Assembly (NCBI GenBank): GCA_964016885.1
Contig: OZ024754.1
Coordinates: forward strand, 41,478,001-41,542,000
Direction of reading: 5' to 3'
Source of the DNA: Eledone cirrhosa
Lineage: Eukaryota
Length of the DNA: 64,000 nucleotides
In this document: one piece after another, positions 11,957 through 25,638 of the stretch
How positions within the stretch are numbered: position 1 is the first letter of the stretch
How the letters are laid out: the number at the start of each line of letters is the position of its first letter
Made by a program: the position numbers and the translations under genes
The notes under the pieces: model-generated
Database searches by the model: none
The model's input: only the letters and a program-made list of their open reading frames with translations
What the model was told of the DNA's origin: nothing

Positions 11957-12152
11957 CGAAGGAAATGTGGTAAGGAACCAAGTTGACCATAACGCACCAA
12001 AGTACTCAATACTTAGGGTAGTAGAGTGGGTAATAGGAACGAGTAGGACCCCGACGGCTGAGCTCAAGTCGTTTCGACGGCTAATTCTGGACTCATTCCA
12101 GAATTAACCGTCGAAACGGCTTGAGCTCAGCCGTCGGGGTCCTACTGGTTCC

Positions 12153-12155
<3 letters not shown>
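11955..12155. mobile_element. Palindromic Penelope-like fragment (family C), copy 2
   Basis: Same sequence and hinge as 3722-3921; GAAA-CGGCTtgagctcAGCCG-TC-GGGGTCC. Confidence 0.65.
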
Positions 12156-12189
<34 letters not shown>

Positions 12190-12466
12190 GTATACATATA
12201 AGGTAGTTTTTGTTATATATTTATAGAGAAAGAGTGAGCTATAATAAAATCTACATGTTTAGGCTGTTGATCTTTCATATAATATATTATAGATTAAAGT
12301 AAATAATCTTAATTCTAACAATATAACTTCTTGTCTTCGTCTACGAGTTAAAACATTTGGAAATCTTAGAAAATGTTTCGTTAAATTGTAACCAAAACAA
12401 ACAAAACGAACGGTAGAATTATTTTGTCTGTGTTTATAGGCGTATATATGTGTGTGTGTGTGTGTG

Positions 12467-12509
<43 letters not shown>

Positions 12510-12630
12510 TACAAATATATATAGACACATACATTTACACACACATATATACACACACATATACACATATATATATACACATACATTCACACACACACAC
12601 ACACATATATAAACACATACATATATCTTC

Positions 12631-12675
<45 letters not shown>

Positions 12676-12709
12676 AATATCTTCTTATATATATATATTT
12701 ATATATAAC

Positions 12710-12741
<32 letters not shown>

Positions 12742-12874
12742 AATATCTTCTTATATATATATATATATATATTTATATATAACTATATATATATATATAT
12801 ATAGACATACAAAATTAAGATCGGTTTTTCAAAGAGGAACGGAGAACCCCCACTTTTATATGGTACCCAATGTA

Positions 12875-12877
<3 letters not shown>

Positions 12878-12912
<35 letters not shown>

Positions 12913-12966
12913 ACAGTGTACATATATATATAGTGTATATATATAGTGTACATATATATATGTATG

Positions 12967-13002
<36 letters not shown>

Positions 13003-13216
13003 TATATTGTATATATATATATACATATATAGTGTATATATATATATAGTGTATATATATATAGTGTGTATATATATATAGTGTGTATATATATATATTG
13101 TATATATATATATATACATATATAGTGTATATATATAGTGTACATATATATATAGTATATATATATATATATATACATATATATTGTATATATATATATA
13201 CATATATAGTGATATA

Positions 13217-13259
<43 letters not shown>

Positions 13260-13515
13260 TAGTGTACATATATATATATATATATATATAGTGTACATAT
13301 ATATATATATATAGTGTATATATATACATATATAGTGATATAGTGTACATATATATATAGTGTATATATATATATACATATATAGTGATATAGTGTATAT
13401 ATATATAGTGTGTATATATATATAGTGTATATATATATACATATATAGTGATATAGTGTACACATACATATATAGTGATATAGTGTACATATATATATAT
13501 ATATATATATACATA
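12878..13515. repeat. (TA)n-based compound microsatellite with AGTG spacers
   Basis: Direct inspection. Confidence 0.9.
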
Positions 13516-13740
13516 CATTTGAGGGAACCCAGTAGATGTAGCACCAACAAACCAATGTCAACAATTTAGCAACAGCAAAGACGATGCCAGAGTCTGAAAT
13601 TGTCAGAATAACTGGTGCCTCCTTTATTATGGAAACTATTATTATTAACCTCCCTCTTCTGATAGTTTGGTAAACCTCACAGGTTTGACCTCTCTCTCTC
13701 TCACACACACACACACACCCCACACACACACACATAATAT

Positions 13741-14085
13741 ATTAACAAATGGAAACTATATTTATAAAACCATATTTATTCTATTATACATACTTCACGG
13801 GCCATCAAGGCAAATTATGGTGCGCTTTCATCAGATAAAATACAATACAGATTAGTTTTATAAATAAATATCGACATACCCTGAAAAAAGACAACCTTAA
13901 CGGTTGGAGCTTCCTGGATAGTGGAGGCCCTTGAAATATGTATAATAAAATAAATATGGTTTTGTAAATAGTTTCCATTTGTTAATATATTGTATATTTA
14001 CTCCACTAAACTGTTGAGTGCTTTATATCAGTTATAAAAATGTTTAATCTTGTTGAATCCCAACAAATTAAATATAACCTCTGCA
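13741..14085. mobile_element. Two diverged family-B Penelope-like fragments in inverted orientation
   Basis: 13741-13920 (minus; CTGATGA with a GAAG variant) and 13921-14085 (plus), homologous to 54666-55101. Confidence 0.65.
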
Positions 14086-14111
14086 TATATATATATATGT
14101 ATATATATATG

Positions 14112-14146
<35 letters not shown>

Positions 14147-14203
14147 GTATATATGTATATGTATATATGTATATATATATATGTATATATGTATATATGT
14201 ATG

Positions 14204-14265
<62 letters not shown>

Positions 14266-14307
14266 TATATATATATATATGTATGTATATATATATATAT
14301 ATGTATG

Positions 14308-14342
<35 letters not shown>

Positions 14343-14347
14343 GTATG

Positions 14348-14383
<36 letters not shown>

Positions 14384-14543
14384 TGTATGTATATATATAT
14401 ATATATATGTATGTATATATATATATATGTATGTATATATATATATATATGTATGTATATATATATATATGTATGTATATATATATGTATGTATATATAT
14501 ATGTATGTATATATATATATATGTATGTATATATATATGTATG

Positions 14544-14580
<37 letters not shown>

Positions 14581-14587
14581 GTGTATG

Positions 14588-14626
<39 letters not shown>

Positions 14627-15175
14627 GTATATATATGTATGTATATATATATATATATGTATGTATATATATATATATATGTATGTATATATATATATAT
14701 ATGTATGTATATATATATATATGTATGTATATATATATATATGTATGTATATATATATATGTATATATATGTATATATGTATATATATGTATATATATAT
14801 ATGTATGTATATATATATGTATGTATATATATATGTATGTATATATATATATATATGTATATATATGTATATATGTATATATATGTATATATATATATGT
14901 ATGTATATATATATATGTATGTATATATATATATACATATATATATATGTATGTATATATATATATACATATATATATATGTATGTATATATATATATAC
15001 ATATATATATATGTATGTATATATATATATGTATGTATGTATATATATATATGTATATATATGTATATATATATATGTATATATATATATGTATGTATAT
15101 ATATGTATATATATATATGTATGTATATATGTATGTATATATATGTGTATAAGTGTGTGTGTATGTATGTATGTA
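14086..15175. repeat. (TA)n/(TATG)n microsatellite
   Basis: Direct inspection. Confidence 0.95.
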
Positions 15176-15371
15176 TAATGAATGATTCAGTGAATTACTG
15201 GTGGTAGCACCACAACAAGCACTCGATATACAGGCACAGTGTATAAATTAATAAGGACGTTCTATATACATAAGGCTTCTACAAGACTAGAACTGTTTCG
15301 TTTCATTCGTATAAAATCATCATACGAATGAAATAGTTCTACTCCCGTAGAAGCTTTTTCTATATTAAACT

Positions 15372-15374
<3 letters not shown>

Positions 15375-15412
<38 letters not shown>

Positions 15413-15454
15413 CACACACATACACAAATATACACACACTCACACATACCCACA

Positions 15455-15500
<46 letters not shown>

Positions 15501-15695
15501 AATATACACACACAAATATACACACATACCCACACTCATATATATATATACACACACACAAATATACACACTAACACACACACATATATACACACACACT
15601 CACACACATATACACACACACTCACACACATATATATATATATACACATACCCACACTCATATATATATATATATATGCACACATACCCACACTC

Positions 15696-15741
<46 letters not shown>

Positions 15742-15749
15742 CCACACTC

Positions 15750-15786
<37 letters not shown>

Positions 15787-15797
15787 TACCCACACTC

Positions 15798-15828
<31 letters not shown>

Positions 15829-15839
15829 TACCCACACTC

Positions 15840-15876
<37 letters not shown>

Positions 15877-15885
15877 TACCCACTC

Positions 15886-15916
<31 letters not shown>

Positions 15917-15927
15917 TACCCACACTC

Positions 15928-15958
<31 letters not shown>

Positions 15959-15969
15959 TACCCACACTC

Positions 15970-16004
<35 letters not shown>

Positions 16005-16036
16005 TACCCACACTCATATATATATACCCACAATCG

Positions 16037-16086
<50 letters not shown>

Positions 16087-16112
16087 CACAAATATAAATA
16101 TATACATACACA
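15375..16112. repeat. Compound repeat (TA)n-(CA)n-TACCCACACTCA
   Basis: Recurring CATACCCACACTCA unit between dinucleotide runs. Confidence 0.9.
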
Positions 16113-16251
16113 CTAATGACGGCTCGTATTGTTGGGCAGTTGTCATAGTTTTTTCTGTTTAGTTTTAATGTTTTATTTATTTCGTAGATTTTGTTTAGTT
16201 TAGCGAACTGGATGATCACACAACGACGTAATTACTTAAACATATATATAC

Positions 16252-16290
<39 letters not shown>

Positions 16291-16387
16291 CATATATATA
16301 CACACACATAGACATATATATAGATATATAAATATATATAAATATATAAATATATATATATTAACACGCATGTATATGTATAGAGAT

Positions 16388-16431
<44 letters not shown>

Positions 16432-16796
16432 TAACATAGATAGATACATATATAGATGCACACACATATATATATATAAATATATACTTATAAATATATA
16501 TATATATATATAAACATACATGGATGTATACATATAGACATGTGTGTATACATCTTAACATATATGGATACTTACATATGTGTGTGTATATATATATATG
16601 TATATATGAATACACATATATATATATAAAGAGAGACAGAGAGAGAGAGAGATACGTATGTATACATACATGGATACTTACACACATATATATATATATA
16701 CACACACATATATATATACACACACATACTTATCTATATAGAGAGAGAGATAAATATATAGATATATACGTATATATACATACAAACACACGCGTG

Positions 16797-16838
<42 letters not shown>

Positions 16839-17096
16839 GATAGATTCATATATATCTTAAACACATGGATACATACACAAACACACATACACACACAGAG
16901 GCAGGCACGCACGCGTATATAAACATCACACCGATACATATATGTATGTATATTAACACACATGGCTACATAAACACGTCCACATACACACACATACACA
17001 TATATATATACACACACATATACATACATACAAGCACATACATACATATACATATATAGATTTAGTGAGATAGAGTGCGTGTTGTTGATTGCTTAC

Positions 17097-17286
17097 CTTC
17101 CAATATTCGCAGTCCGTATAAACCATCAAGGTTAATTCTCTTGTAATTTAATCTGTAATATCCGACTAGTTTCTCTAAACTGAACACAACATTCTCTAAG
17201 GATGCCCGGGTGGCAGTTTCACACTCAAAAGTCGGGAACAATGCCACCAACAAGAGCAAGAACCACTGTCCCGTGGACGCTACCAT
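17097..17286 (-). CDS. C16orf89: First coding exon of a secreted UPF0764/C16orf89-like (DUF4735) protein
   Basis: ATG in ACAATGG context; MVASTGQWFLLLLVALFPTFECE signal peptide, then SLENVVFSLEKLVGYYRLNYKRINLDGLYGLRILEG, resembling the ALER...EINLDG..G.RVLE motif of C16orf89; ends at canonical donor GAAG|GTAAGC (phase 1). Downstream exons not identified. Confidence 0.8.
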
Positions 17287-17289
17287 TGT

Positions 17290-17858
17290 AGTAGCGCTTC
17301 CACGGCTCTTCACTCTCTCTCTCTCACTCACTCTCTCTCTCTTTCTCAGTCTCCCACTCTCTAACTCGCTCACTCAGTCTGGCTGCCTGCCTGTCTGAAT
17401 CTTTACTGATTGACTGAATGACTGACTATGTTGTTAGCGTGCGTTCAACGCCCGAGCCAGTGCTGCTCCTCACTCACTCACTCACTCACTCACTGAGACA
17501 GTCAGTCCGGCTGACTGACTGACTGACTGCCCGTCTCACTGTTTAATTGTGTTGTTAGCGTGTGTTCGCCGTTATAGTCAGTGCTGCTCCTCACTCACTT
17601 AGGCATTAGGCAGTCAGTCTGGCTGACTGACTGCCTCAATCTTTAACTCTATACTGTGTTCTTAGCAGTATGTGTTCAACATTACAGCCATCATCTCTCT
17701 CTCTCTCTCACTCTGTTACCCCCCTCCCTTTCGTTCTCAGACAGTCAGTCTGGCTGACTGTCTGAATCTTTACTCACTGACTGACTCTATACTATGTTGT
17801 TAGCATGTGTTCAACATTGTAGTGAGTGCCTGGCTCGCTCTGTTTGTTCCTATATATA

Positions 17859-17910
<52 letters not shown>

Positions 17911-18230
17911 TTACAATCAGCAGTGCAGCCGGAGCTGAGAATCATCAGTCAAGTTTCGCATGAATAAAAATGGAAAAGGAAAAGAAAGAATAAAGACGAT
18001 TCTAAACGATAACAACAGATTTATATGCAAGCGGCGTGGATGAAATCTTATTGTATTCAGCGAAAAATTTGTTTATCGTCTGCGAATGTCGTCTCTCTGA
18101 TAGAGGACTGCGCCTACACCGGCTCCCGACATGAACGTTCAGAAGAATATTTTCCCTAACAACGTCTGTCTTTTACAACTCCACTGTCGAATGTTGAGAC
18201 GACTTTGTTATTAACAGGGTTCTAATATTT
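17290..18230 (-). promoter_or_regulatory. Probable 5' UTR/promoter region of the C16orf89-like gene
   Basis: Directly upstream of the ATG; (CT)n, (CTGA)n and (TCAC)n degenerate repeats, then a relatively CpG-rich unique segment at 17920-18220. Position-based inference only. Confidence 0.35.
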
Positions 18231-19327
18231 CTTTCTATCTCATACACGTATATATATACACATACACACATATATACATATATATACTAGACACACGCAC
18301 AAACACACACATATACAAACACACACGCACACGCACAAAACACACATAGATACAGGCACGCACATACACAAACACACAGGCACATATAAGCACACACGCA
18401 CATATACAAACACTAGTGCACATATACACAAACTCGCAGCTACACACATACACAAACACACACATACACATACACAAACTCGCAGCTACACAAACACACA
18501 CGCACACATACACAAACACACATGTACACATACACATACACAAACACACACACACACAAATATATACAAACACTAATGCACACGCACAAACACAAACGCG
18601 CGCGCACACATACACAAGCATGCACATAATACACGCATACACACACGCACACAAACATACACAAATACACGCACCCAAATAAACTCGTACAAACCCACTC
18701 TCATATAAACACGCACTTTCGCACACACGCACTTTCATACACACGTATAAGTGTGTGTGTTTGTGTGTGTGTGTGTGTGTGAAGGAAAAATACCCACACT
18801 AGATATACATACAGTAGAGTCTTACATAAGCTGCAAATGAAATGTTCCTTACAATTAGAACATAAAAACTCCCAGACGTTTAAAATCTAAAAGCAACAAT
18901 CAAGGGAGATAACTCCAATAATAATAGCTAAACCATTTTTTTTTTAAAATAAAGCTTTCTGATTTAGGCACAAGGTCAGCAATGTTGGGAGAGGAGAGAG
19001 TCGATTAAATCGACACCAGTGTGTTACTGGTACTTTATTTTATTGACCCCCGTAAGTATGAAAGGCAAAGCTAACCTCGGCGGGATTTTAACTCAGAATG
19101 TAGGGACATAATGAATTTACATAAATGTAAATCTTGTAGTTAAAGATAACTCTAGAAAGCAACAGACATTTCCGACCTTATTCGGCCTCCTCAGCAAACC
19201 AGATTTGACCCAGTTAGCGAAATTTTGAGATAATTATCTCTTGCTATTTTCTTTTGGTTGTTTTTTTTTTTGTTTTTTTTTTGTTGTAGATTTAAAACAT
19301 CTTTAGTTTTTTTTATATATTCATATC

Positions 19328-19430
19328 CAGGGTGTCACCCAAAAATGTATACACACATCAACGGCCAGCATTCTAATAAATATTGCCTCTACAGGTAATC
19401 AAAGTGTGTATACATTTTTTGGACACCCTG
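19328..19430. mobile_element. Tc1/mariner-type MITE
   Basis: TIRs CAGGGTGTC..CCAAAAATGTATACACAC and GTGTGTATACATTTTTTGGACACCCTG; TA on the right flank. Confidence 0.75.
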
Positions 19431-19489
19431 TATATGCACTCCACTTTGTTTTAATACTCAATGGTAAACAGATTATCTTTATTAATCAT

Positions 19490-19890
19490 GGGTGGATTGG
19501 CAGTATCGGTAGAGGGTCGGACGCCATGCTTTCCAGCATAGTTACGTCCCTTTACGATCTAAGTTCAAATCCCGCCGAGGTTGACTTTGCCTTTCATCCT
19601 TACGGGGTCGATAAAATAAAGTACCAGTAATGCATTGGGTAATTGCTGGCCTTGTGCCTAAAGTAGAAACAATTATTATTTGTAGTCTTGTAGGGCGATG
19701 GACTGACAGTATCAGTAGAGGGTCGGACGCCATGCTTTGACGCATAGAGTTACGGCCCTTGTCATTCTGAGTTCAAATCCCGCCGAGGTTAACTTTGCCT
19801 TTCATCCTTACGGGGTTGATAAAATAAAGTACCAGTAATACACTGGATAATTGCTGGCCTAATGTAGAAACAATTATTTGTAGTCTTGTA
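19490..19890 (+). mobile_element. Two tandem SINE S2 copies
   Basis: GGTGGATTGGCAGTATCGGTAGAG head, GTTCAAATCCC B box and GCCTTTCATCCTTACGGGG core, at 19490-19675 and 19694-19880. Confidence 0.85.
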
Positions 19891-20132
19891 ATATTTAAAA
19901 TATTTCCACTTGGTCTTAACTTCCTTTTAATCATTTTAATTCTAACCCACCCAAAACTACTTCTGGTTCTATGAAATAAACCCTTCCAAACCTGTTTCTG
20001 GTTCTATGAAATAAACCCTTCCAAACCTGCTTCTGGTTCTATGAAATAAACTCACCCATTTTAACATGTTCCCATTTAAATTAAAATTAAAATCATCCAA
20101 GATATTTTGATAAAAGAACATTTTGTTTTTGA

Positions 20133-20440
20133 ACAGGTAGAGCTGCTACTTCTCTGAGTTGAGAGATCACAGCTCTGGTACTACAGACTTTGTGGTTAGA
20201 ATGTCTCAGGAAAGAACTGCTGGACAGATTTTATGGGCAAAACCAACCGACAGGAGACCCAGGGGTAGACCCTGAACAAGTTGGTTGGTTAACATCCATG
20301 AACTTGGCTCGTCTCACTTGGGGATCCAGCCAGATCAGTTGGAGATGGTTGCTTCTGACAGGACCTGCTGGAAGGAATGTTTCAGGACTCTGCCCCAGTG
20401 ACCCTTTCAGGAATAAGTGGGTGATGAAGAAGAAGAAAAG
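20133..20440 (+). mobile_element. RTE (Expander-like) LINE 3' relic
   Basis: QVELLLL*VERSQLW...VVRMSQER...GRP; homologous to 4236-4480. Confidence 0.7.
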
Positions 20441-20779
20441 AACATTTTGTTACAATTATCATCTAAATAATTCTCATACAAAAGGTTGAGAAGACCCTCA
20501 TGTTGTACTAAAGATATAACACCCTCCCTAGCGCTGACTGATGGTTTTCATTATAACACACCCAGTACATGCTGTAAAGTGGTTAGTGATAGGAAGGACA
20601 TCCAGCCGCAGAAAACTTGCCAGACAAATGGTTGAGAGGACCCTTCAGTTGTGTCAAAGATATAACAACCTCCCTAGTGCTAGTGCCACAATAAAATGTA
20701 CTCAGTTGAGCACAGGACCATATGTAAACAAGATACAAACCCTCAACTCATCTGTGAGGTCAGTTGCCCTAACTCGGTC

Positions 20780-20905
20780 AGTCATGACCCAACCAACAGT
20801 CATGACCCAACCAACAGTTATGACCCAACCAACAGTCATGACCCAACCAACAGTTATGACCCAACCAACAGTCATGACCCAACCAACAGTTATGACCCAA
20901 CCAAT
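20780..20905. repeat. 18-bp minisatellite, ~7 copies
   Basis: ATGACCCAACCAACAGT(C/T). Confidence 0.95.
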
Positions 20906-21635
20906 CCTTACTAGAAAGGCAAATGAACATTAAACGATGATGATGACATGCTGTGCATATCCCTGTTTTTACAGTAGCAAAGCGGACCCCTGTGTGTTAT
21001 AAGAGAACTTAAAAGATTGGCATCAGGAAGGGAATCCAACTGTAAAAACATCTCATCCAACTCATGCTGGCTTGAAAAGTTGACATAGAAATTACAAATA
21101 AACAACAAACTGTGTATTTCATTAAAAATACGGTTCACTTTCCTGACAATTGTACATTATTCTATGTATTATACATGCACCTTTGATGAGTTGTAGTGCA
21201 CCTGAGCATTGTACACAATAATTTTCATTAACTTTATCAAAAACAGGTTAAAATATATAGTGAAAATCTGGTTTGTAGCAATACTTGAGTGCCTCAACCA
21301 TGTCATTTATTTCTACAGCGCCACCTGGTTGACATTAAATAAACTAGTAAAAACCAGTGAAATCACAACACTTATAAATATTGGTGGACGTGTTAATAGA
21401 CAGAAAACTGTGTATATATATATATACAGTGTATATTGAACAAAACTTCAATGACTATAATAGAAGGAACCAATACTGTAAAGTAATGATACCATGAAAC
21501 ATGCAAAGATAAAAGACGACTTTAAAAGGATTCATTCCGATAAGAAATATAAAGATTTTAGTTCTATTTTTTTTTTTAAGTGTTGAAAAAAGAAAATCAG
21601 AAATCAACCACATTTAAAGATATTTAAATTACCTG

Positions 21636-21810
21636 AGTTGATAGTGAAGGAAAGAGACTTGAGACACTCACAGGGTGTCTCCAGTGTTGATAGTGAAGGA
21701 AAGAGACTTGAGACACTCACAGGGTGTCTCCAGTGTTGATAGTGAAGAAAAGAGACTTGAGACACTCACAGGGTGTCTCCTGTGTTGATAGTGAAGTAGA
21801 CTTGAGACAT
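21636..21810. repeat. 49-bp tandem repeat, ~3.5 copies
   Basis: TGTTGATAGTGAAGGAAAGAGACTTGAGACACTCACAGGGTGTCTCCAG. Confidence 0.9.
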
Positions 21811-22274
21811 ACAGTGTCTTTCTTTTGTATAATAAAGTGTTAAAGTCTGTTTTGTGACCTCTAGACAGGACACCAGTCCACTACAGGGTTAAACTCTATC
21901 TCAAACCCAGTGGACAGGACACCAGTCCATTACAGTGTGAAAGTCTGTCTTGAGACCTCAGGACAGGACACCAGTCCATCACAGTGTTAAAGTGTGTCTG
22001 GAGACTGGAGGCTCATCAGGCTGGTGTTTATTTCAGTGTTAACCCAGAATATAACAACTCTGTCCCAATAGCAGTGGACAGAATGAAGAATGCTTGCTTT
22101 AACCAAGAAGAAAGCGCAAGTATATGTTGGATTTTTTTCATAAAAGCTACAGTCTGACATATGTGTCTGAACACGGAAGAACCAAACTCCCACTGTCATT
22201 GCCTCTATCTCTCTCACCCTCTCCTTCTTTCTGTATGGTGAGCAAATTGGGTCCCACGCGCTGTCTTCCCCCAC

Positions 22275-22550
22275 AGACCCGGTGGACAGAATGTAGAAGG
22301 CGTTTCCCCTGAGGATGGTAAGGGAGATGCGCTGGAAGAGCCATTCCAACTGGCGAGGCTCACACCTGCGGCTGGCCAGCTCACCACCTATGGTGATGGG
22401 TAGGGAGGTAGCCCTGGGGGCAAGGACACCAGAAGTCGCCACTGCTAGGAGCACGACCGCAAACCTGTCGAAGAGCAGGGGGGTCACATTGAAACAGCCA
22501 CGCCTGGGAGTGGTTCCCTCTGCCCCTGCATCAGTGGGTAGCAGGTTTTA
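22275..22550 (-). mobile_element. CRE-clade (RLE) non-LTR retrotransposon C-terminal relic
   Basis: FAVVLLAVATSGVLAPRATSLPITIGGELASRRCEPRQLEWLFQRISLTILRGNAFYIL resembles the AVET.G..G......IG..L....G.PR...WL.QRLS..IQRGNA..IL end of CRE elements; GC-rich island. Confidence 0.75.
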
Positions 22551-23140
22551 GGTCAACATAAGAATCAGCTTTAACCACAAAGAACTTTGTTTGTGCTGGA
22601 TATTGTTGTCATGGCTGGACAATGGCCACAGCAGGTCAAGTGTCCATTGTCATGACAACAACAGAATGTTTAACAAGAGACATTGTTGTTGCTGTTGTTG
22701 TTGTTGTTGTTGTAAACCACAGAACTACTCTTTATTAGTACAATGTAATTATATTTAATGGCAGACATTTAAAACATAAATACACACACATACACACATA
22801 CACACTAACACATACACACTAACACATACACACTAACACATACACTAACATACTAACACACACACTAACACGCACACTAAAACACTAACACACTAACACA
22901 CACATATTAACCTACATCAACTAACACACACACACTCACACTAACACATACATATTAACCTACATCAACACACACACACACGCACACACACACACACTAA
23001 CACATACATATTAACCTACACTTACACACATTAACTTCCACATTATTTTCTTATTGTTTCTATTTCAACACAATAAATATATATTAGTTCAGTTTCCTTG
23101 AAAATGTTGATTATTGATTAAGACAAGAGAGAAGACTGTG

Positions 23141-24697
23141 GGATGGTAGAGTGGCAGAACGTCAGTTAGAATGGTAGAGTGGTAGAACGTCAGTTAGAAT
23201 GGTAGAGTGGTAGAACGTCAGATAGAATAGTAGAGTGGTAGAACGTCAGATAGAATGGTAGAGTGGTTAGAACGTCAGATAGAATGGTAGAGTGGTTAGA
23301 ACGTCAAATAGAATGGTAGAGTGGTTAGAACGTCAGATAGAATGGTAGAGTGGTTAGAACGTCAGATAGAATGCTAGAGTGGTAGAACGTCAGATAGAAT
23401 GGTAGAGTGGTTAGAACGTCAGATAGAATGGTAGAGTGGTAGAACGTCAGATAGAATGGTAGAGTGGTAGAACGTCAGATAGAATGGTAGAGTGGTTAGA
23501 ACGTCAGATAGAATGGTAGAGTGGTTAGAACGTCAAATAGAATGGTAGAGTGGTTAGAACGTCAGATAGAATGGTAGAGTGGTTAGAACGTCAGATAGAA
23601 TGGTAGAGTGGTTAGAACGTCAGATAGAATGGTAGAGTGGTTAGAACGTCAGATAGAATGGTAGAGTGGTTAGAACGTCAGTTAGAATGGTAGAGTGGTT
23701 AGAACGTCAGATAGAATGGTAGAGTGGTTAAACCGTCAGTTAGAATGGTAGAGTGGTTAGAACGCCAGATAGAATGGTAGAGTGGTAGAACGTCAGATAG
23801 AATGGTAGAGTGGTTAGAACGTCAGATAGAATGGTAGAGTGGTTAGAACGTCAGATAGAATGGTAGAGTGGTTAGAACGTCAGTTAGAATGGTAGAGTGG
23901 TTAGAACGTCAGATAGAATGGTAGAGTGGTTAAACCGTCAGTTAGAATGGTAGAGTGGTTAGAACGTCAGATAGAATGGTAGAGTGGTAGAACGTCAGAT
24001 AGAATGGTAGAGTGGTTAGAACGTCAGATAGAATGGTAGAGTGGTTAGAACGTCAGATAGAATGGTAGAGTGGTTAGAACGTCAGATATAATGGTAGAGT
24101 GGTTAGAACGTCAGATAGAATGGTAGAGTGGTAGAACGTCAGATAGAATGGTAGAGTGGTAGAACGTCAGATAGAATGGTAGAGTGGTTAGAACGTCAGA
24201 TAGAATGGTAGAGTGGTAGAGTGGTAGAACGTCAGATAGAATGGTAGAGTGGTTAGAACGTCAGATAGAATGGTAGAGTGGTTAGAACGTCAGATAGAAT
24301 GGTAGAGTGGTAGAACGTCAGATAGAATGGTAGAGTGGTTAGAACGTCAGATAGAATGGTAGAGTGGTTAGAACGTCTGATAGAATGGTAGAGTGGTTAG
24401 ACCGTCAGTTAGAATGGTAGAGTGGTTAGAACTTCAGATAGAATGGTAGAGTGGTTAGAACGTCAGATAGAATGGTAGAGTGGTTAGAACGTCAGATAGA
24501 ATGGTAGAGTGGTTAGAACGTCTGATAGAATGGTAGAGTGGTTAGACCGTCAGTTAGAATGGTAGAGTGGTTAGAACATCAGATAGAATGGTAGAGTGGT
24601 TAGAACGTCAGATAGAATGGTAGAGTGGTTAGAACGTCTGATAGAATGGTAGAGTCGTTAGAACGTCAGTTAGAATGGTAGAGTGGTTAGAACGTAG
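23141..24697. repeat. Minisatellite, 28/29-bp unit, ~54 copies
   Basis: GATAGAATGGTAGAGTGG(T)TAGAACGTCA. Confidence 0.97.
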
Positions 24698-25157
24698 TTT
24701 AAATATAGAGGGTTGTTCCAATACCAGTTAAGTCTAAGGGTTGATCTTCTTAGATAGAATAGTTTTAGCGATCACTGACTTTGGTTTCGGGTATAGCATT
24801 TATGTCTTTGAAAAATCTAACTGAAGAAATGTCAGTGTGCAATTTATTGGTTAGTTGTGGAACATTTCCCAAGAGATGAGGAATGATGAAAGATTTTTAC
24901 AGTTAGTATTTCCTGTGTTGTGAGAGCAATTTTTTATGTCTGAGAATCTATATATCTATAAAGAGATGGATAGAGGAGAGACATACATACATATGCATAC
25001 ATGCATACATACATACATACATACATACATACATACATACATACATACATACATACATAAATACATACACAGATATATATATATTATATATATTTATATA
25101 TATATATTTATATATGTTTATACATATAAAAAATATATATATATATTTATATATGTT

Positions 25158-25225
<68 letters not shown>

Positions 25226-25346
25226 GATAGATATTTGACAAAAGTTGACTGTGACTTTGAAGTTTTACCAAGGAAGGTTTATCAAACAGCGAATGGAATT
25301 ATAAAGATAGACAGAACGGAAAGAGATAAGTAACACACACATACAT

Positions 25347-25392
<46 letters not shown>

Positions 25393-25393
<1 letters not shown>

Positions 25394-25545
25394 CATCATC
25401 ATCACCGTTTTACATCCGTTCTTCCATGCTTCAGCTTGTACCCGTGGGGGTTCGGGTCTTCTGTATTACTGCATGACGCCAGAGGTCACGGTCGTGTGTC
25501 ATCACTTTTGAGAGCTGAAAAGAAATGCGGAGCACATGTGAACAT
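25393..25545 (-). mobile_element. RTE LINE extreme 3' end
   Basis: Reverse complement ...GACACGACCGTGACCTCTGGCGTCATGCAGTA...GCATGGAAGAACGGATGTAAAACGG(TGA)n. Confidence 0.6.
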
Positions 25546-25638
25546 AGGTTTATTGTTCAAGAATGGCTTCTGGTTAAACAATAACTCATTAATCATTAAT
25601 AAATTGGAGATTAGAAAATTTTCTAATCCAGGAAATTG

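Noticed and set aside
13520-13690. Possible exon 2 of the C16orf89-like gene (minus strand, AG|GT CAA..., GQTCEVY...)
   Set aside because: The AG is preceded by purine (GA)n rather than a polypyrimidine tract, and the peptide shows no resemblance I can recognise
19160-19200. Hammerhead-like CTGAGGA..GAAA on the minus strand (similar cases near 3290-3320, 41785-41820, 53025-53056)
   Set aside because: Stem I does not pair or the core is mutated; at best decayed copies
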